A stretch of 64,000 nt of DNA from Phoronis australis (GCA_002633005.1 NMRA01000195.1:537628-601627), one strand, 5' to 3'. Positions 35,031 through 49,290 are shown, counted from the stretch's first letter. A program made the numbers and translations. The notes: generated from the sequence alone by a model not told the origin.

Positions 35031-35899
35031 GTAGATTAGAGCGTGGCACCGTTCACCACACGGATGTTCCAAAAAGAATACGTTATGTTTGTAGAGTTCA
35101 ACGGATCGAGAGTGGAAACAAAATAGGGGTTCGATTATGTTGCGTACTGGATAAGAATAAAAGGTTGATTCCCTTATTTTGTTGCACCACGTGTCGCCGT
35201 TGTATTATGCCCTTTTTTCTCTCATTAATATTCCACCAGAATTTCTTCTACTACTTTGTTTTTGTTTAACTTCAGCAAAACCTAAATAACCGTCCAGATC
35301 AAATTCACTTTCATCACTTCCCCAGGTATCTTGTTAAGCGATAACATCAAAAATTTAAATATTGTGTGATGTCATGCCTATTGAGTTTGCTTTATAAACC
35401 ATGTGCGTTTCAGGTAAAGTGAGAAAAGACATTTGGGCATCGACCTGTTCCCTATTATCTGTAAATTGCTTTAGCCTCATCATTATCGAAACAGTACACT
35501 GGAACATACGAATAACACAGCTACTGTATAAAACAAGGGTTACGAAAATAATTTATCATACATGTAATTATAGAGGTAAAGCACCTCTCTGTTTTCTTGG
35601 AAATTATTCACTTCATTGCTGAATTGAATGAAATTGTGGTGGATGAGCAATCACGGCTATGCAGTGTTTTCTTCAAAATTGACCATATCCCACAATGTGT
35701 AATAATGGAATTCTATTGCTCCAAGGGGAGAATAGTCGTTTTAGTGATTACAAAAAAGCATTGACTTAGTTAATGGCAGTCATTTATGGAGGAAATCAAT
35801 GTCTATCGGTGTAAATGGAAAGCTGCAGTGTATGATCTTTATTTAAACCCAGGCATGCGTGAGATCACATAGCAAACTTTAAACTCTCTTGCCGTGAAT

Positions 35900-38800
35900 C
35901 TACATCGGTGTCAGGCAAGTTGAAAATTTTCTGTCTCCGTTTTGTTAGCCAAAGATTTTTCGTTAGACAGGTTTGTGTGTTTCAGCAAAGTAAGAATGAA
36001 AAGAAAACGTAGTAAAAGGAAGTCGGATGGTGTGCTTATTTTTGTAAAAAAAACGAATTGTCTGGTTATGTAAATGAGGTGGCATCAATACCGGTAAATT
36101 TACTTTTTTGATTACAAATGGAAGTAGTTTAGTGGACTATTTCATTGTCAGTGATGAAATTATTACCTCAGTCATCAAGTCGGCGATCAAGTCGACTCCG
36201 ATCATGTTCCGTTGGAAATGATTTTAGATGGGGAAGTTTTGTTTAACTTGCAGGTAAACCGCAACAAAACACGGGAATCCCACAGTGTCAATGGAAAAAT
36301 AAACAAATCTATAATTTGGAAAGATGAAAATAAAAATAATTATTATTTTGAAAACTTGCTGTTGGCTGAAGGCGGTGACTGTCTGGAAAATAGGATATCA
36401 AGTCTTCAAAATAACACGAGTAATGTTTACGAGGCCTTAGATTGTATATACAATTTGGTTGTAAAATCAGCCATAAGTTCTGGTATGAGAAAAACTGAGC
36501 CACCAAAACGTAGATCAAAACCAGAAACATGGTTTGATAGAGAATGTCATGATCATAAGTTAATAGTACGTAGTTATTTAAGGAAATACAGACAAAATGG
36601 AACTGAAGAAAATTTGGCTAAATATAGGGAATATAACAAGAGATATAAAAAATAACTAAAAACAAAACAAAAAATATTCCGAGAAACACTAACTAAAGCT
36701 TTGTTGGATTCATCGGTGAATGAAAATAAAAAACACTTTTGGAACTTGGTGAAAGGTAACAAAGAAGAACGGTCTTCAAATATTACACATACACGATGGT
36801 ATAACAGTTTTAAAAACGTTTATACTTCTCACACTAGATACTGTGATGTAATTTTCTGTTTCATGTATATGTTGAACAGTTTAATCACTTCTATGAGTCA
36901 GAAGAAGCGGTGCATAACTTGGATGACCAGTCAGTTTTTTAATAAAATTGTTACTTTTGATGAATTAGATAAGTGTATGAATGACATGGAATTGGGTAAA
37001 GCTACTGGAAATGATGGCATTTCGTTGGAATTTTTCAAGTTCGCAACACCCGCATTTAAACAATCTCTCGTTTGTCTGTATGATAAAATTTTTAATACGG
37101 GGAATTACCCATCTCAATGGAATTCAGGTATTACAGTCCCGGTGTTCATGTCTGGAAATAAGAATGCCCCAGATGATTACAGAGGAATCACGCTGTTGCA
37201 GGAGGCTGGCAAGATATTTGGCCGGTTGTTATGTAACCGACTCCATTCATGGGCGGATGCGAACAATATTGTGTGTGGGGCTCAAGCTGGTTTCAGGAAG
37301 GGGTATTCTACAGTGGAAAACATGTTTATTCTAGATACACTACTTAACAAATATCTATTGAAACGTAGAAGCCGGTTCTACTGTCTTTTTGTTGACTTTA
37401 AAAAAGCGTTCGACTGGGTCTGGCGAGAGGGTCTTAAGTATAAAATGTCAAGTTTTGGAATATATGGAAAAATGCATAAAATTCTAAACAGTATGTATGA
37501 AAATGTGAAGTCTTGCGTCTTGCTGAATGGGAATGGTTACGTAACCATTTTCTTCCAATGTACGATGGGTATAAAACAAGGGTTTCAATTATCTCCCTTT
37601 CTATTCTCGCTATTTATAAATGATTTAGAAAGTGATTTACAAAATGTAAAGTGCTCGTGTGTAAATATTGGAATATTGAATTTATATTTGTTGTTGTTTG
37701 CCGATGATTCGGTTCTCGTCGATGAAACCGCTATTGCCATGCAAAGATTAATTACCAAACTAGAAGAATTGTTATAAAGGGAAGCTTCATGTGAATATGT
37801 CGAAGACAAAAATTATAGTCTTTAGAAAAGGGGGATACTTGAGAACTTGTGAAAAGTGGAAATTATTTGGAGAAATTGTACAAACGACTTCAGAGTATAA
37901 TTATTTGGGTATCAAGTTAACTCCTAAAGGTGTATTTACGAAGGCGCAGAAAACGTTAGCTGACAAAGCGGCAAAGGCTATTTTTGTACTAAAAAAGCAC
38001 ATGTTTAAGTTCAATGAAATTCCTGTGCCAATGTGGTTTATAGTGTTTGATACAAAAATATTACCGATCTTGTTATATGGTTCTGAAATTTGGGGATTTC
38101 ACCCCGCACAAGGCATTGAAATCGCACAAAATAAATTTTGCAAATTTTTGTTGGGACTTGGTCAGCATGTCTCAAACGCTGCAGTGAGGAGAGAGCTTGG
38201 TAGAGTGACAATAAAGGTACATCTATTATTGAGAATTGTTAAATACTGTTTAAAAATTATCAATTTCCCAAGTAATCATTATGTTAGGGTATGCTACTAT
38301 GTGCAATATGAAATGACTGAGCAAAATTAGTCTTGCTGGGCTCTAAATGTTAAACTATTGTTATTTGCTTATGGTTTTGGAGTTGTTTGGATACAACAAG
38401 GTGTGGGCGATGCTGCCTCATTTATAAGACAACGATGCTTTGATATTGACATCCAGGATTGGAGAAACAATATTTTTTCTCAATCTGTAGATGTTTACAA
38501 AACAATTAAATTTAACTTTGTAGTAGAAAAATACCTAACATGTTTAGAAAATAGACTTCATAGAATAGCCCTTGCAAGGTTTAGATGCTCAGCACATTCA
38601 TTAACGATTATCCAGGGAAGGTTCAGTGGATTTGACAGAGAAGACAGATTATGTCCCTGCTGTGACAGTGGGAAAGTGGAAATGGAATTCCACTTTCTTC
38701 TCGAATGCAATTTATATTCGGATTTACAAGTGGGGTTTTTACCAAGGCACGATGAGGTGGAAGACATAGTATTCAGAAATTTTCTACAGACTCGTGACTT

Positions 38801-38960
38801 AAATGTTCTGAGAAAAGTTGCTAGATTTAATTAATTCGAGAAACGCCGAAATGAGTTCCTTGATATGAATTAATTTAGACTTGAAAAATTATTGTACTCT
38901 CTTTGTGTTTTGTATTGTAATGTGGACCGGAGGCTTGTTACATGAAATAAACCTATTTCA
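35900..38960 (+). mobile_element. RTE-X-like LINE, ORF2 with frameshifts and stops
   Basis: APE remnants (RKSDGVLIFVK, SDH), WFDREC, RT (DDYRGITLL, QAGFRKGYST, FVDFKKAFD, GIKQG..LSP, LLFADD), ILLYGSEIWG, SNAAVRRELGR, RLCPCCDSGKVEMEFHFLLEC. Spread over ORFs 36212-36655, 36701-37777, 37791-38330 and 38358-38834. Confidence 0.9.
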
Positions 38961-39149
38961 ATGACTTTGAGTTTTATCATAGCAAACACTATGATGGACT
39001 AAACCTGATGTGCACACAACTATTCTCAGTGATCATGGTGTTTAATTATTTTTTCTAAATTTGTACACTCCCATATGCGGACGATACAATTATCTCTTCA
39101 GGAACTACTGAAGCGTAGCAAAAATTCCTTCATAATGTGTACAACTACT

Positions 39150-39990
39150 ACTTGATCCCTTGTAGTCAACATTGCTAAAAATAAAGTACAGATTTTCTCC
39201 CTAAGCAAAGTCCTTAGAGTTGACAGGTGATTTCATATAAACTGGTATTCAGTTCAATTACGGTGGTTCTTTTGTAAAAGCTATTGAAAAACAAAAAATA
39301 AGCGCAAGGCAAGAAAGTCCATTTTAACGTGTCCAAGCTGGTAAACCAGGTTGTTTTTTTCTGCTGATACTAAGTTTCGTCTTTTTCACATACTTGTTTT
39401 ACCCGCTGCTCTCTGTGACAGGCTGTGATGTATGGGGGTTACAAAACCAAGGGTAGAGTAACGCTCGAACCTATGCTAGGACCTCCCTAAGAAGCAATAT
39501 TTAAGTGAGAAAGTGTCGTGTATTTTAAATGAGAACACGTGATTTTGGCTACATTTTTCTAGCAGCGAGACAGCTATTGAATTTTACCCATTTTGATATC
39601 TTCCTTCAAAAGTTCATCAAATCAGTTTTAGGCTTACATCTGCCTGATTTCACACCAAACTGCATGGCGTATGGTGTCTTGGGAGTAATCCCACCCTTCG
39701 TAATAATTAAGACTCGTCTAATCTCGGTTTGGCACATGACTTTCATGGTTGCACATTTTGTATTACATGATATTAAAACTTCACAATGATACTAATAACG
39801 AATTTACTTCCAAATCTCATCTGTTCAAAATATCAACAGAAGCTGCCTTTAATTATATGCGTCTGTCTCATGGACAAGACTTTGGCAAGAAATGCCTCTT
39901 TAATAGATTATTTGATATCTCTAAACCAACTTTGTTCAGAACTGTACACACAAACCATTTGCCATCATTACAGCCTATTTGAAACGCATT
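39150..39990 (+). pseudogene. Decayed LINE C-terminal fragment
   Basis: GCDVWG and FLQKFIKSVLGL..TPNCMAYGVLGVIP correspond to the YG.E.WG / KF.K..LG...T.N.MVYGELG motifs. Confidence 0.55.
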
Positions 39991-40872
39991 GTATGCTCGA
40001 TAGCTAATACAAAACAATTTATTACTATTTGAGAGGTAGCATTTCCCGACCACCTCTGTATAAAAGTAGGTTTGTAAGGCTTCAAGCTGAGCCCCTACGA
40101 ATGTTATTGACGATGAATATGGTTAATTTCTAATCTTCCCCATATTTATGCAGGTAGAACATTGTTCATTGGTGATTTTTACATCCTGTACGAAATTAAC
40201 AAAATAGCCCCGTTAAGTTGTTTCAGTTTAATAAAGTTGACAAACTCAAACGCTGTAAACAATATCTGAAAATAATTCCGGTGGTTTTTGATGAGGAAAC
40301 ATTTACAGTCAACGAGTCAAAATTGGCCCCAATCTAAGGAACACATTGTAACAAGGTGTGGGAAACCTATTGAGAGACAGTGTTTCTGGACTTATGATTC
40401 TCAACTTAATCTCTTCGACCATTTTATATTATTTTTAACTTGATATTATAGTAGTTTCACATGCTAGACTCTTCATACCTGTAATTGAGTGATCTGTTTA
40501 CAGTGACAGTATATCTTTGCTAGTACTATAAATGTACATATTATCCCATGGTGTTATTATTTAGTTCATTAACCAAACCACGATTGCTAAGTTGTTAAGC
40601 TTTTTATTTTTGGTAATAGTTAGTAATCAGTCATTGTTTCCGCCCAGTTACTACAACTCTTGTCAGTTCCATGACTTCTATGTTAACTAATTACCATCGC
40701 TGGCATGATACAGTGCCACTTTGCGTTACATTCATGTATAAAATTTGTACTCCCATACTCCAGTCGAAGGCCATAGTTAAATAAACCTTTGTTGGCGTTG
40801 TTGTGTAGCAACGGCCTCTCCTTCAGTCGGTTTAATGGGACATTAAAGGAGCATGCCACCCAAAAACAACCT

Positions 40873-43599
40873 TTTTTTCATAATTTTATTCTTCAATAAT
40901 ATACATTGATAATTTTTAAAGGGTGAAAGGGTGAACAAGGAAAAGGGACAAGGACTTTCACTCACACACTCGCACACTCATTCACACACTTCATCATTTA
41001 ATGATAATACTACTAAACAATATATGAGTTAAGTATATTACAGATATTACAGATTCATTGGATGGCAGCACTGAGGCTCTCCCACATTTTAATATTAATA
41101 TTGTCCGGTTCTTTTTGTTTTTGAAAATTAACTATTGAAATTTTAATATATTTTGACATGAATATTTTAAGGGCAGACCAATCTGGATGCAAGTGCTGTT
41201 GGCTACGTAAATAAATAAAATATTGGGCGATAGTGATAACATAATTAATCAACAGGGAGAATTCAGAACCTAAATGGCAAAACATGNNNNNNNNNNNNNN
41301 NNNNNNNNNNNNNNNNNNNNNNNNNNNNNNNNNNNNNNNNNNNNNNNNNNNNNNNNNNNNNNNNNNNNNNNNNNNNNNNNNNNNNNNNNNNNNNNNNNNN
41401 NNNNNNNNNNNNNNNNNNNNNNNNNNNNNNNNNNNNNNNNNNNNNNNNNNNNNNNNNNNNNNNNNNNNNNNNNNNNNNNNNNNNNNNNNNNNNNNNNNNN
41501 NNNNNNNNNNNNNNNNNNNNNNNNNNNNNNNNNNNNNNNNNNNNNNNNNNNNNNNNNNNNNNNNNNNNNNNNNNNNNNNNNNNNNNNNNNNNNNNNNNNN
41601 NNNNNNNNNNNNNNNNNNNNNNNNNNNNNNNNNNNNNNNNNNNNNNNNNNNNNNNNNNNNNNNNNNNNNNNNNNNNNNNNNNNNNNNNNNNNNNNNNNNN
41701 NNNNNNNNNNNNNNNNNNNNNNNNNNNNNNNNNNNNNNNNNNNNNNNNNNNNNNNNNNNNNNNNNNNNNNNNNNNNNNNNNNNNNNNNNNNNNNNNNNNN
41801 NNNNNNNNNNNNNNNNNNNNNNNNNNNNNNNNNNNNNNNNNNNNNNNNNNNNNNNNNNNNNNNNNNNNNNNNNNNNNNNNNNNNNNNNNNNNNNNNNNNN
41901 NNNNNNNNNNNNNNNNNNNNNNNNNNNNNNNNNNNNNNNNNNNNNNNNNNNNNNNNNNNNNNNNNNNNNNNNNNNNNNNNNNNNNNNNNNAAACTTCCAA
42001 CTTCCACGTTCAGGAGACTGAAGTCTTTTAACCCAGTTGACTAAAAGGCCTTCCTTTATAAGGGTCATGTCAGGAAATTTTAAACCACCATCTTCATGAG
42101 AAGCCATTGCAACGCTTTTCTTTATTTTAGGTGGTTTCCCTGCCCAAATAAAATCATTTAAAATTTTATCTATTCGTTTGCACAAATCCCTTGTCAATCC
42201 AAGGACAGATATAATGTGAATCAATTTGGGTAGCGCAAAAGCTTTAGTTATGACAATTCTTCCCTTAATTGTTAATTTTCTTGTTTTCCAAATATTTAGA
42301 ACTTTCCTAAGTTTCGAAAATTTTCTTCAAAATTTTGCTCATTTTTTTCTTTTTCATATTTACCGAAGTAAACGCCCAGGCATTTAATATTTCTTTTTGG
42401 CCAATTTATATCAGACTGGTGGCCTAAAAACATTCCTTCGCATTTTCGCTTATTTAGTTTAAGACCAGACACGTCACCAAATCTTGTAAGAAATTTAAAG
42501 CATTCTGTTCCTGAAACTTCATCCTGAATGAATAACATTGTATCATCAGCATACTGGGCTATTTTTACTTCATGTCCATCAATACACAATCCTTTGATTA
42601 AGGGGTTATTTCTAATGTAATGGCTCATGAGCTCCACACACAGTATAGAAAGATTGACTACTTAAGGGATCCCCTTGACGAAGACCTCTCTTAACATTAA
42701 AATAACCACATGTAAATCCGTTGTTTTGAACACAAGACACAATATCGTTATATATTGTTTTTATACGGTGAATAAATTTGGGACCAAATTTAAAGGCCAG
42801 AAGGGTTTTCTGAAGAAAGGACCAATTTAAACTGTCATACGCTTTCTTAAAATCTAAGAATATAATTTGTCCATTGAGTTTTTTATTTGTATAATACGAT
42901 ATTATGTCCTGTATTAATCTAATATTTTGACCAATAAATCGTTTTGAAACAGCCGTTTGGTCTGGATGAATAAGCTTATGAATGTAATTATTTAGTCGAT
43001 TGGCAAAAACCTTTGTAAATAATTTGTAATCGCAATTTAATAACGAAATTGATCGCCAATTTTCCAAATTTTTTAATTCCTCTGTATTTGTACTTTTGGG
43101 GATAAGTGTAATGACACTTTGCCTTTGGGAGGTTGAAAATTTTCCTGTTTTAAAACTATAATTTATACATTCCAAAAGGTACAGTTTAATAGTATCCCAA
43201 AATGATTTATAAAATTCATGTCCTAAACCGTCATTGCCTGGTGTTTTAATATTTTGGGATTGTTTTAAGGCTTCATAGAGTTCATCTTCTGTGATCTCTT
43301 GTTCAAATAATAAGGACTGGTCATATGTCAGTACTTTATTACTAGGAAGAGTGAATATGTCAGGGAGATTAATATCTTCATAGTCTTTTTCAGAATAAAG
43401 AGCCTCGTTGAATGTTTTGTATCTCTTTTGGATCTTGGCTAACCCTGCCATTTGACTCCAGTTCTATAATATGTTTTTTACCATGGTTACGTTTTTCAAG
43501 ATTTAAGAAATATTTAGACTTTGTTTCACCTTCTTCCACCCACTGAGCTTTACTTCTAACAATACTACATTTTATTACTTGAGTTTGTGAAATTTCTAG
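40873..43599 (-). mobile_element. 5'-truncated L1/Tx1-clade LINE with poly(A) and 10-bp TSD
   Basis: RSKAQWVEEGETKSKYF, KTPGNDGL..EFYK.FW, NWRSISLLNCDYK, LDFKKAYD, RGLRQGDPLS, QYADD, FIWAGKPPKIK...GGL. AATAAA (40885-90) plus a short A tail. TSD AAAACAACCT at 40863-72 and 43600-09. A few frameshifts; spans an N gap. Confidence 0.92.
41287..41990. other. Assembly gap
   Basis: Run of N. Confidence 1.
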
Positions 43600-44799
43600 A
43601 AAACAACCTAATTTGTATCAACTTGGATCGAGTAGTTCTACTCCATAACGACAAGTACGGTTGCGTTACTTGACACCTGACGGCAGACGGAGGTGTTGAA
43701 ATTATCCAATGACGTCATCGGTTTCACACGCAGTCTGTTCAGCAGTTCACAACAAGGGTTACTGGTGTCATCTTATCGCTTGAAGTCATCGTTTAACACC
43801 AATAAATCATCAAACTTCGATGTAAAACCCTTAAAAATACACTGAGTTCTTATATAAACGTGTTGTTTTATTTCGCTCTTACGGATTTATTGGTATTTGG
43901 ACGCACCGTAGCCTACGAAGTTCGGCAGGCCAATAAGGTCCGTAGCAGGAGTTTGGGGTCTGTTCGGAGATAATTTCGAAGCATTTTCCGTGAGATACAG
44001 ACCGGAGAACCTCGATCTGTGTTGCTTAGACTTGTAATTTTTTGAGTTCTTAACACAAAACGCTTGTTATCCCCGCCAGTGGCTCGGAAACTGATCAGAC
44101 ATCACGAACATAAACCAGCCAAAGTTCAGTGGAGACTAAACTTCCAGTCAAGAAAATACTATACTAGTGAGCCAGGGTAATGTGCACCTGATTATGTTGG
44201 TGAATAAGCCACGAAACTGCAAATCTACTTACTCGTCGGGGGCCGCGAACGGAATTCAGGTTCCGAGTCCGCTTTGGCCACAGACCGTCAAGGCAGAAGT
44301 TGTACATTGACAATCATTATTTGAGTAATGTAAATGTAAATAAAGATCCCCTAACACCTGGCCGTGGGATGGAAATCGAGTTGTTCCACAACAGTTTCTG
44401 CCAGAAAACACTAAATTATGAGCTCACACGGGCGTAAGTGTCCCGTCAATTAGTTTTATTGCACCTACGCCGGTAACGCAGTGATTTATTCATAGCTGGC
44501 TTCTCAAATCATTTGCACTCGATCACGAACACTCCAAAGGCATTACAAATTGCATCTAATGAGACAGATTTTGTTTCAGTTTTATATAAGTATTGGTTAG
44601 GGTGAGAATAATTCATTTTGAAACAGAACGCTCAACATGGCAACTCGCAATCCCAACTTAGGACGAGCTAGAGCTCATCAGTTCCGACTTCGCAGGTGGA
44701 TCGTTAATTTTTACAGGCTATCAATTCGAATAGGAATACAGTGATGAAGAAATACTAGAGAGGCGCCGTGAACAAGTTCAGACAACGGAACGTAAGGAG

Positions 44800-45051
44800 T
44801 TATTTGGTAAGCCGGCACTCGTCAGACACTGTCGACGTCTGCAGGCCACATACACGGAGATGTTTCGCGGCCTCATACTTGTTATTTACAGCGTACGTTT
44901 CATTCTTCACTACCATGAGCCACTTCCTAAGCATTTCGGACTCTCGAGTAAATAAAAAAACGATATACCCGTTTTCCTCGCAGCTACTTAGTTCGGACAA
45001 GCAGGAACGATGCACCGCAACATAGCGGCATTCACTCTGCATATGAACCAC
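44800..45051 (-). pseudogene. Degenerate THAP zinc-finger domain (Kolobok transposase N-terminus)
   Basis: RYVAVHRSC...YIVFLFTRESEMLRKWLMVVKN...KHLRVCGL follows the THAP pattern C..C...F.FP....R..W.......RVC..HF, with some ligands lost. Lies just inside the right TIR. Confidence 0.6.
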
Positions 45052-45349
45052 TGACGTCGCTAGCTTCGTTTCTCACCTTCCTTAAGTTAACGCGACACCT
45101 CTTGGCAAGGTAAGGTCTACGGTATGCGAGGCGATGTGGATATAGACCGATTAAGACGGCAAAAAAGACTAATTAAATCGGGTGGCATTCTCCTTTAACG
45201 GATTTCTACATTCGATCAAATCTTTGGGAGTATTGTTTGACTGTGCTATTAAACAACAAAGTCCGTTGGGTTTTGTGATTTTATTGCGAATCTCCGATTC
45301 TCGCCGGTCATTCTGCAAGACATTTCTTGTGCTGAAATCAAAGCCAGCA

Positions 45350-47422
45350 CTTTAACAACGTATTAACTCCATTTATCGGATTTGAAAAGCACAGAAGCGG
45401 TTGGACAACATCTGAGAAAGGGAGAGACTCGCAGCAGAAAATACAAATTGTTGTTATATCGTGTTCCTCGGGAGACCTCCAAGAACACCATAGGTCTTTT
45501 AAGAATGATTATTGAACCTATGGATGCTGAAGCGAACTATGGAAAGAATGCCATTATCCAGAACGTCCATCAAATTTCCAGGAAGTTTAAACGGGATGAT
45601 ACCCCTGATCTAAGTATTATCACGTTCGCCTCTGTCTTGGACATGTTGATATTTTAGTGATGTCTTTCGATTGACGAAACTGATCACGTGTTCTAAATTG
45701 ACGACTGTAAAGGGGTAGTATCTTTAAAAAACAAAAGAACAATGACCATTTCTTTTTTGCTACTGCGAAAAGTAAAGAAAAACAAAAATTTAAAAAATAA
45801 TTTATTCAAAAGACGGAAGTTTTCCTAGTTTTGTTTCAGGAAACAAGAATGACTATTGACGAGGAATTGTCGCAAGATCGTAATCGTGAATTACAACAAA
45901 TCTGAAAAAATATATGAAAAGTTTGATTCTTCACTCCGATTTTAAATGGATAGAAGAAAGAAAAATATCTAGTACGAAATATTTATGCCATTTAGCAAAA
46001 AGAAATTTCGGTAAAACAACAATCACTAAAATAATAAAGCCTTCTTGTGAAATTCTGAGGAATAAAAAATCAAATTTATAATGTGTTATAACATTTCTAT
46101 AAGAATTTATATTCTTCTAGAGTTCATCTACATGAAAATTTAGACTTTGAAACCTTTTGAGAACTCAAAATGTTAAAAAGAAAAGTGATTTGAATCGAGA
46201 GAGACTAAATTCTGATGCTATGTTTCAGGATAATGGAAGTAGCTTAAAAAGATGAAAATAATGAAAACAAGGAATTGGTAGGTTTACTGTTGAATTTTAT
46301 AGATAAATTACCTTCCTTTTTACAGATACAGTGAGTTGTTGAAGCTGTACATGAGGGCAAGAAGCCCCTATTATTTTCAAAAACTGGCACCCTATTTCTT
46401 TGCTTAGTTTAGCTCACAGATTACAAAAGTTCTAGAAACAATTATTCATTCAGATTAAATAGGATTTTTATTTGGGAGATTTATGGATAAAAGTACTAGA
46501 ATTTTTCATGATATGTATTACAAAAAGGAAGACTTGAGAAAGCATTTGACTCGTTACCTTGTTTCGCGTACTGAAATTTTGGAGATAGATTTACAAGTGG
46601 ATAAATACGGTAAACCAAAATTTCGTGAAGATATGGTATTAGATTTTTCACGAATGAGGTACATTTTAGCATATAATGAATTAACGAAAAATCTGTTTTT
46701 ATGCTAATGTTTAGATTTTCTGGTATGAGCGTAATTGTGTAAGTAATTTATCATAAAATGCAAGCTTTCCATCATCAATCATTCCTCCCTTTTGCATAAT
46801 TATCAAGTCAAATTCTAAAGGAAGCCGAAATATTTATGACGTATTTGTCAAAACATTATTTCAAAAACCAAAAGCATGCGATAAGCGGGAGGCTAATTTA
46901 GAGATCCCTGTACCGATGACTGAGTAGCAAATACTTTCCAAAACTGTATTTTGTACAAATAATATACGTCTAAGATGGCCATCAATGAAAATCGTCTGTA
47001 GAATTTTAGCCACACACGTTTTCTTAATAAGACGTATTGGCAGTTTTCAGTCCGATGTGTGTACTCCCTGTAAAAAGGAACCAGACAGCATTCAATATCT
47101 TGTTTGGCTTTGTAACCTACGTATTAGCCCAAGAAACATTGATCTTTCGATGAGTACTTATACATTAATTTTTGGCAAAAGTAGATTTTCTAATGAAATT
47201 TTCCACTTAATTATTTTATAAGCTAAAAAGCATATTTATGATAGAAAACTAAAATGTGAACTTCCTTGTTTTCCAGTTCTTAAAAACGAATTGTAAATAT
47301 ACTACAAGGTGGAAAAATGTAATAAACACCATAATGGCAATGATGCTGAATTTTAACAAGCGTGGTCGGGATTCTTCTCTACGCAAACTCAGGCTAGAGA
47401 TTTCGAGAAGGATAATGTGTAC

Positions 47423-47473
<51 letters not shown>

Positions 47474-47530
47474 CGTGACTGCGGGGAAATGGGAATGTAT
47501 AAGGTCTTGTTTTTGATAAAAATCAAATAT
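45350..47530 (+). mobile_element. Old, fragmented L1/Tx1-like LINE
   Basis: ORF1-like ETRSRKYKLLLYRVP (45382), ORF2-like RFKWIEE..STKY...KRN (~45935-46010), and C-terminal RILATH.FL..IG....CTPCKKEPDSIQYL.W.C (46985). Ends in (TG)n. Confidence 0.6.
47426..47472. repeat. (TG)n microsatellite
   Basis: Directly visible. Confidence 0.97.
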
Positions 47531-49290
47531 TTGTTGAAAGCAAAGTAAACTATGTCATTTCTCGAGTAGGCTTGAGCTCTGTGCCTGGCCAGACGTACAT
47601 ATAGGAAGTAACATTAATTAACCCAGTGATGCGGTGCGTAGTCACCCGCGAGGACCTCGCAAGACCGCACAAGCAATTTCACGAGAAAAGTCCGTTATTA
47701 GACGTGAACACGTAACGCGCGTGCGTTTAGGGAATGAACTTGATTTGAAGTGTTTCATTTAACCAAAATAACTCTTAGGCTAACAAAAAAGTTGTACTGC
47801 CAAAACCAGAAAGGTGTTGTCAGATTACGCAGTAATCAATTTTCATTGGTTATCGAAGGTAATCGGCTAAACATTTAACCCCTATCGCCATTTGCCTTAC
47901 CACCTCGCAAGGCAAAATCCTTAGTCGATTTCGCCGCAAACGTGAAGCTATGAGCTGAGCTAATTTTCACTTGAGTCAGCTCTCGCAATGACAATAATAT
48001 CATCTAACTTGATTTTGTCCACTTCATACAAAAGCATAACATTTTTGTGAAACTACAATTCTGTGGTGACATTTTCTGAATATCTGAAGATCGATATGAA
48101 AACTGTTATTATACGGATTTTTTTAATTTGACACCAGTATTTCCAACTATTTGGCATGCACCTGGTAACTGTTCCCCCCGACACGGGTACCACTATAGTA
48201 AGTCGTCAAAAAGTATTGTTCAGTTTTTTACATTTTAATTCAATAGTATAGGTAAGTACAAAAGATGTCATTACTGCCCAAAAATGGATTTAACAGTATA
48301 TCTGGGCATCTTTTCATTGAAGTGACTATGTGGTGCACGATTGCCCAAAGCGACTGTCGTTATGGAAAGAAAGACTGTTATGCAACAGAGAACAGGTGCG
48401 CCACACGAGTTAGCAACAAGTATCCTTGATCATACAGCTGTGCTCAGCAAGTTAAGTAAAAGCGATTTATTTTGCATATGTTCCGATATTTGATAGATTT
48501 CCATTACGTAAGAGTTTTGCGAATCTCTGTGGCATGTTGTTTATAAGAATCGACAAATTTCCAACAATACTGATTTTATTCCATCATGATACTTGGACGC
48601 GATCTTTCACAAACGCGCGTTTCCAGAATGCATGGTTCGGTGACTTTTGATAGGTCTGACGAATTACCAGATCACAATTAGGAAGCAATATGCTTAGTCT
48701 GGCTCGACTCATGCCTTCTCTTGACTGGCGTTTGGCACAGTTTTAATTTTTCCAAATTTTGACATTTTGTAATTTGATCTTTACCAACTGTAAAACAAAG
48801 TGTAAAAAATTACATTATTATTTCTGTTACAGCCGCCTAAAGAGCGGCACCTATGGCAAAGATGATGAAATTACATGGGTTACTGATTAGCCACGTCTAA
48901 TTAAATAACCCATTGAAATCATTTGAAAAAAATTATTTCGTCGCATCATGTCAAGTTTATGTTTCAACGGCTATAATTATTTTTCCTGTTTACTGAATTC
49001 CTTACGTCGAATTTTAGCATTTTGGCTTTTACACACACAATTTAAACCGAAGAAATGTTTTCTTATTTAGATGCCCCATATTTGGTATGAGATAAGAAAA
49101 GTCAACAAATTAGTTTATAGCACTAACAGCGTTACTTATGAAAAAAGCGCGCCAAGAACTTCATTGCCCGATGCATTTCACTACCCGGGGATTGATAGTT
49201 GGGATTGAGAATAAACTAAAGCGGAAAAAATTTTCCTCAATAAATTCAAATTTACCGCTTTACCGCGAATGAAGTAACACACATAAATGC

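Larger units (their letters stand above)
40847..45194 (+). mobile_element. Kolobok-type element copy 3 (longest), interrupted by an L1/Tx1 LINE
   Basis: TTAA|AGGAGCATGCCACCC ... GGGTGGCATTCTCCT|TTAA. The body resumes at 43600 after the LINE and contains a THAP remnant. Confidence 0.88.

Noticed and set aside
41055-42224. Long ORFs of 245-389 aa here and at 53916-54846
   Set aside because: Their length comes from N gaps. Only the flanks of the 41055-42224 frame are real, and they belong to the Tx1 LINE.
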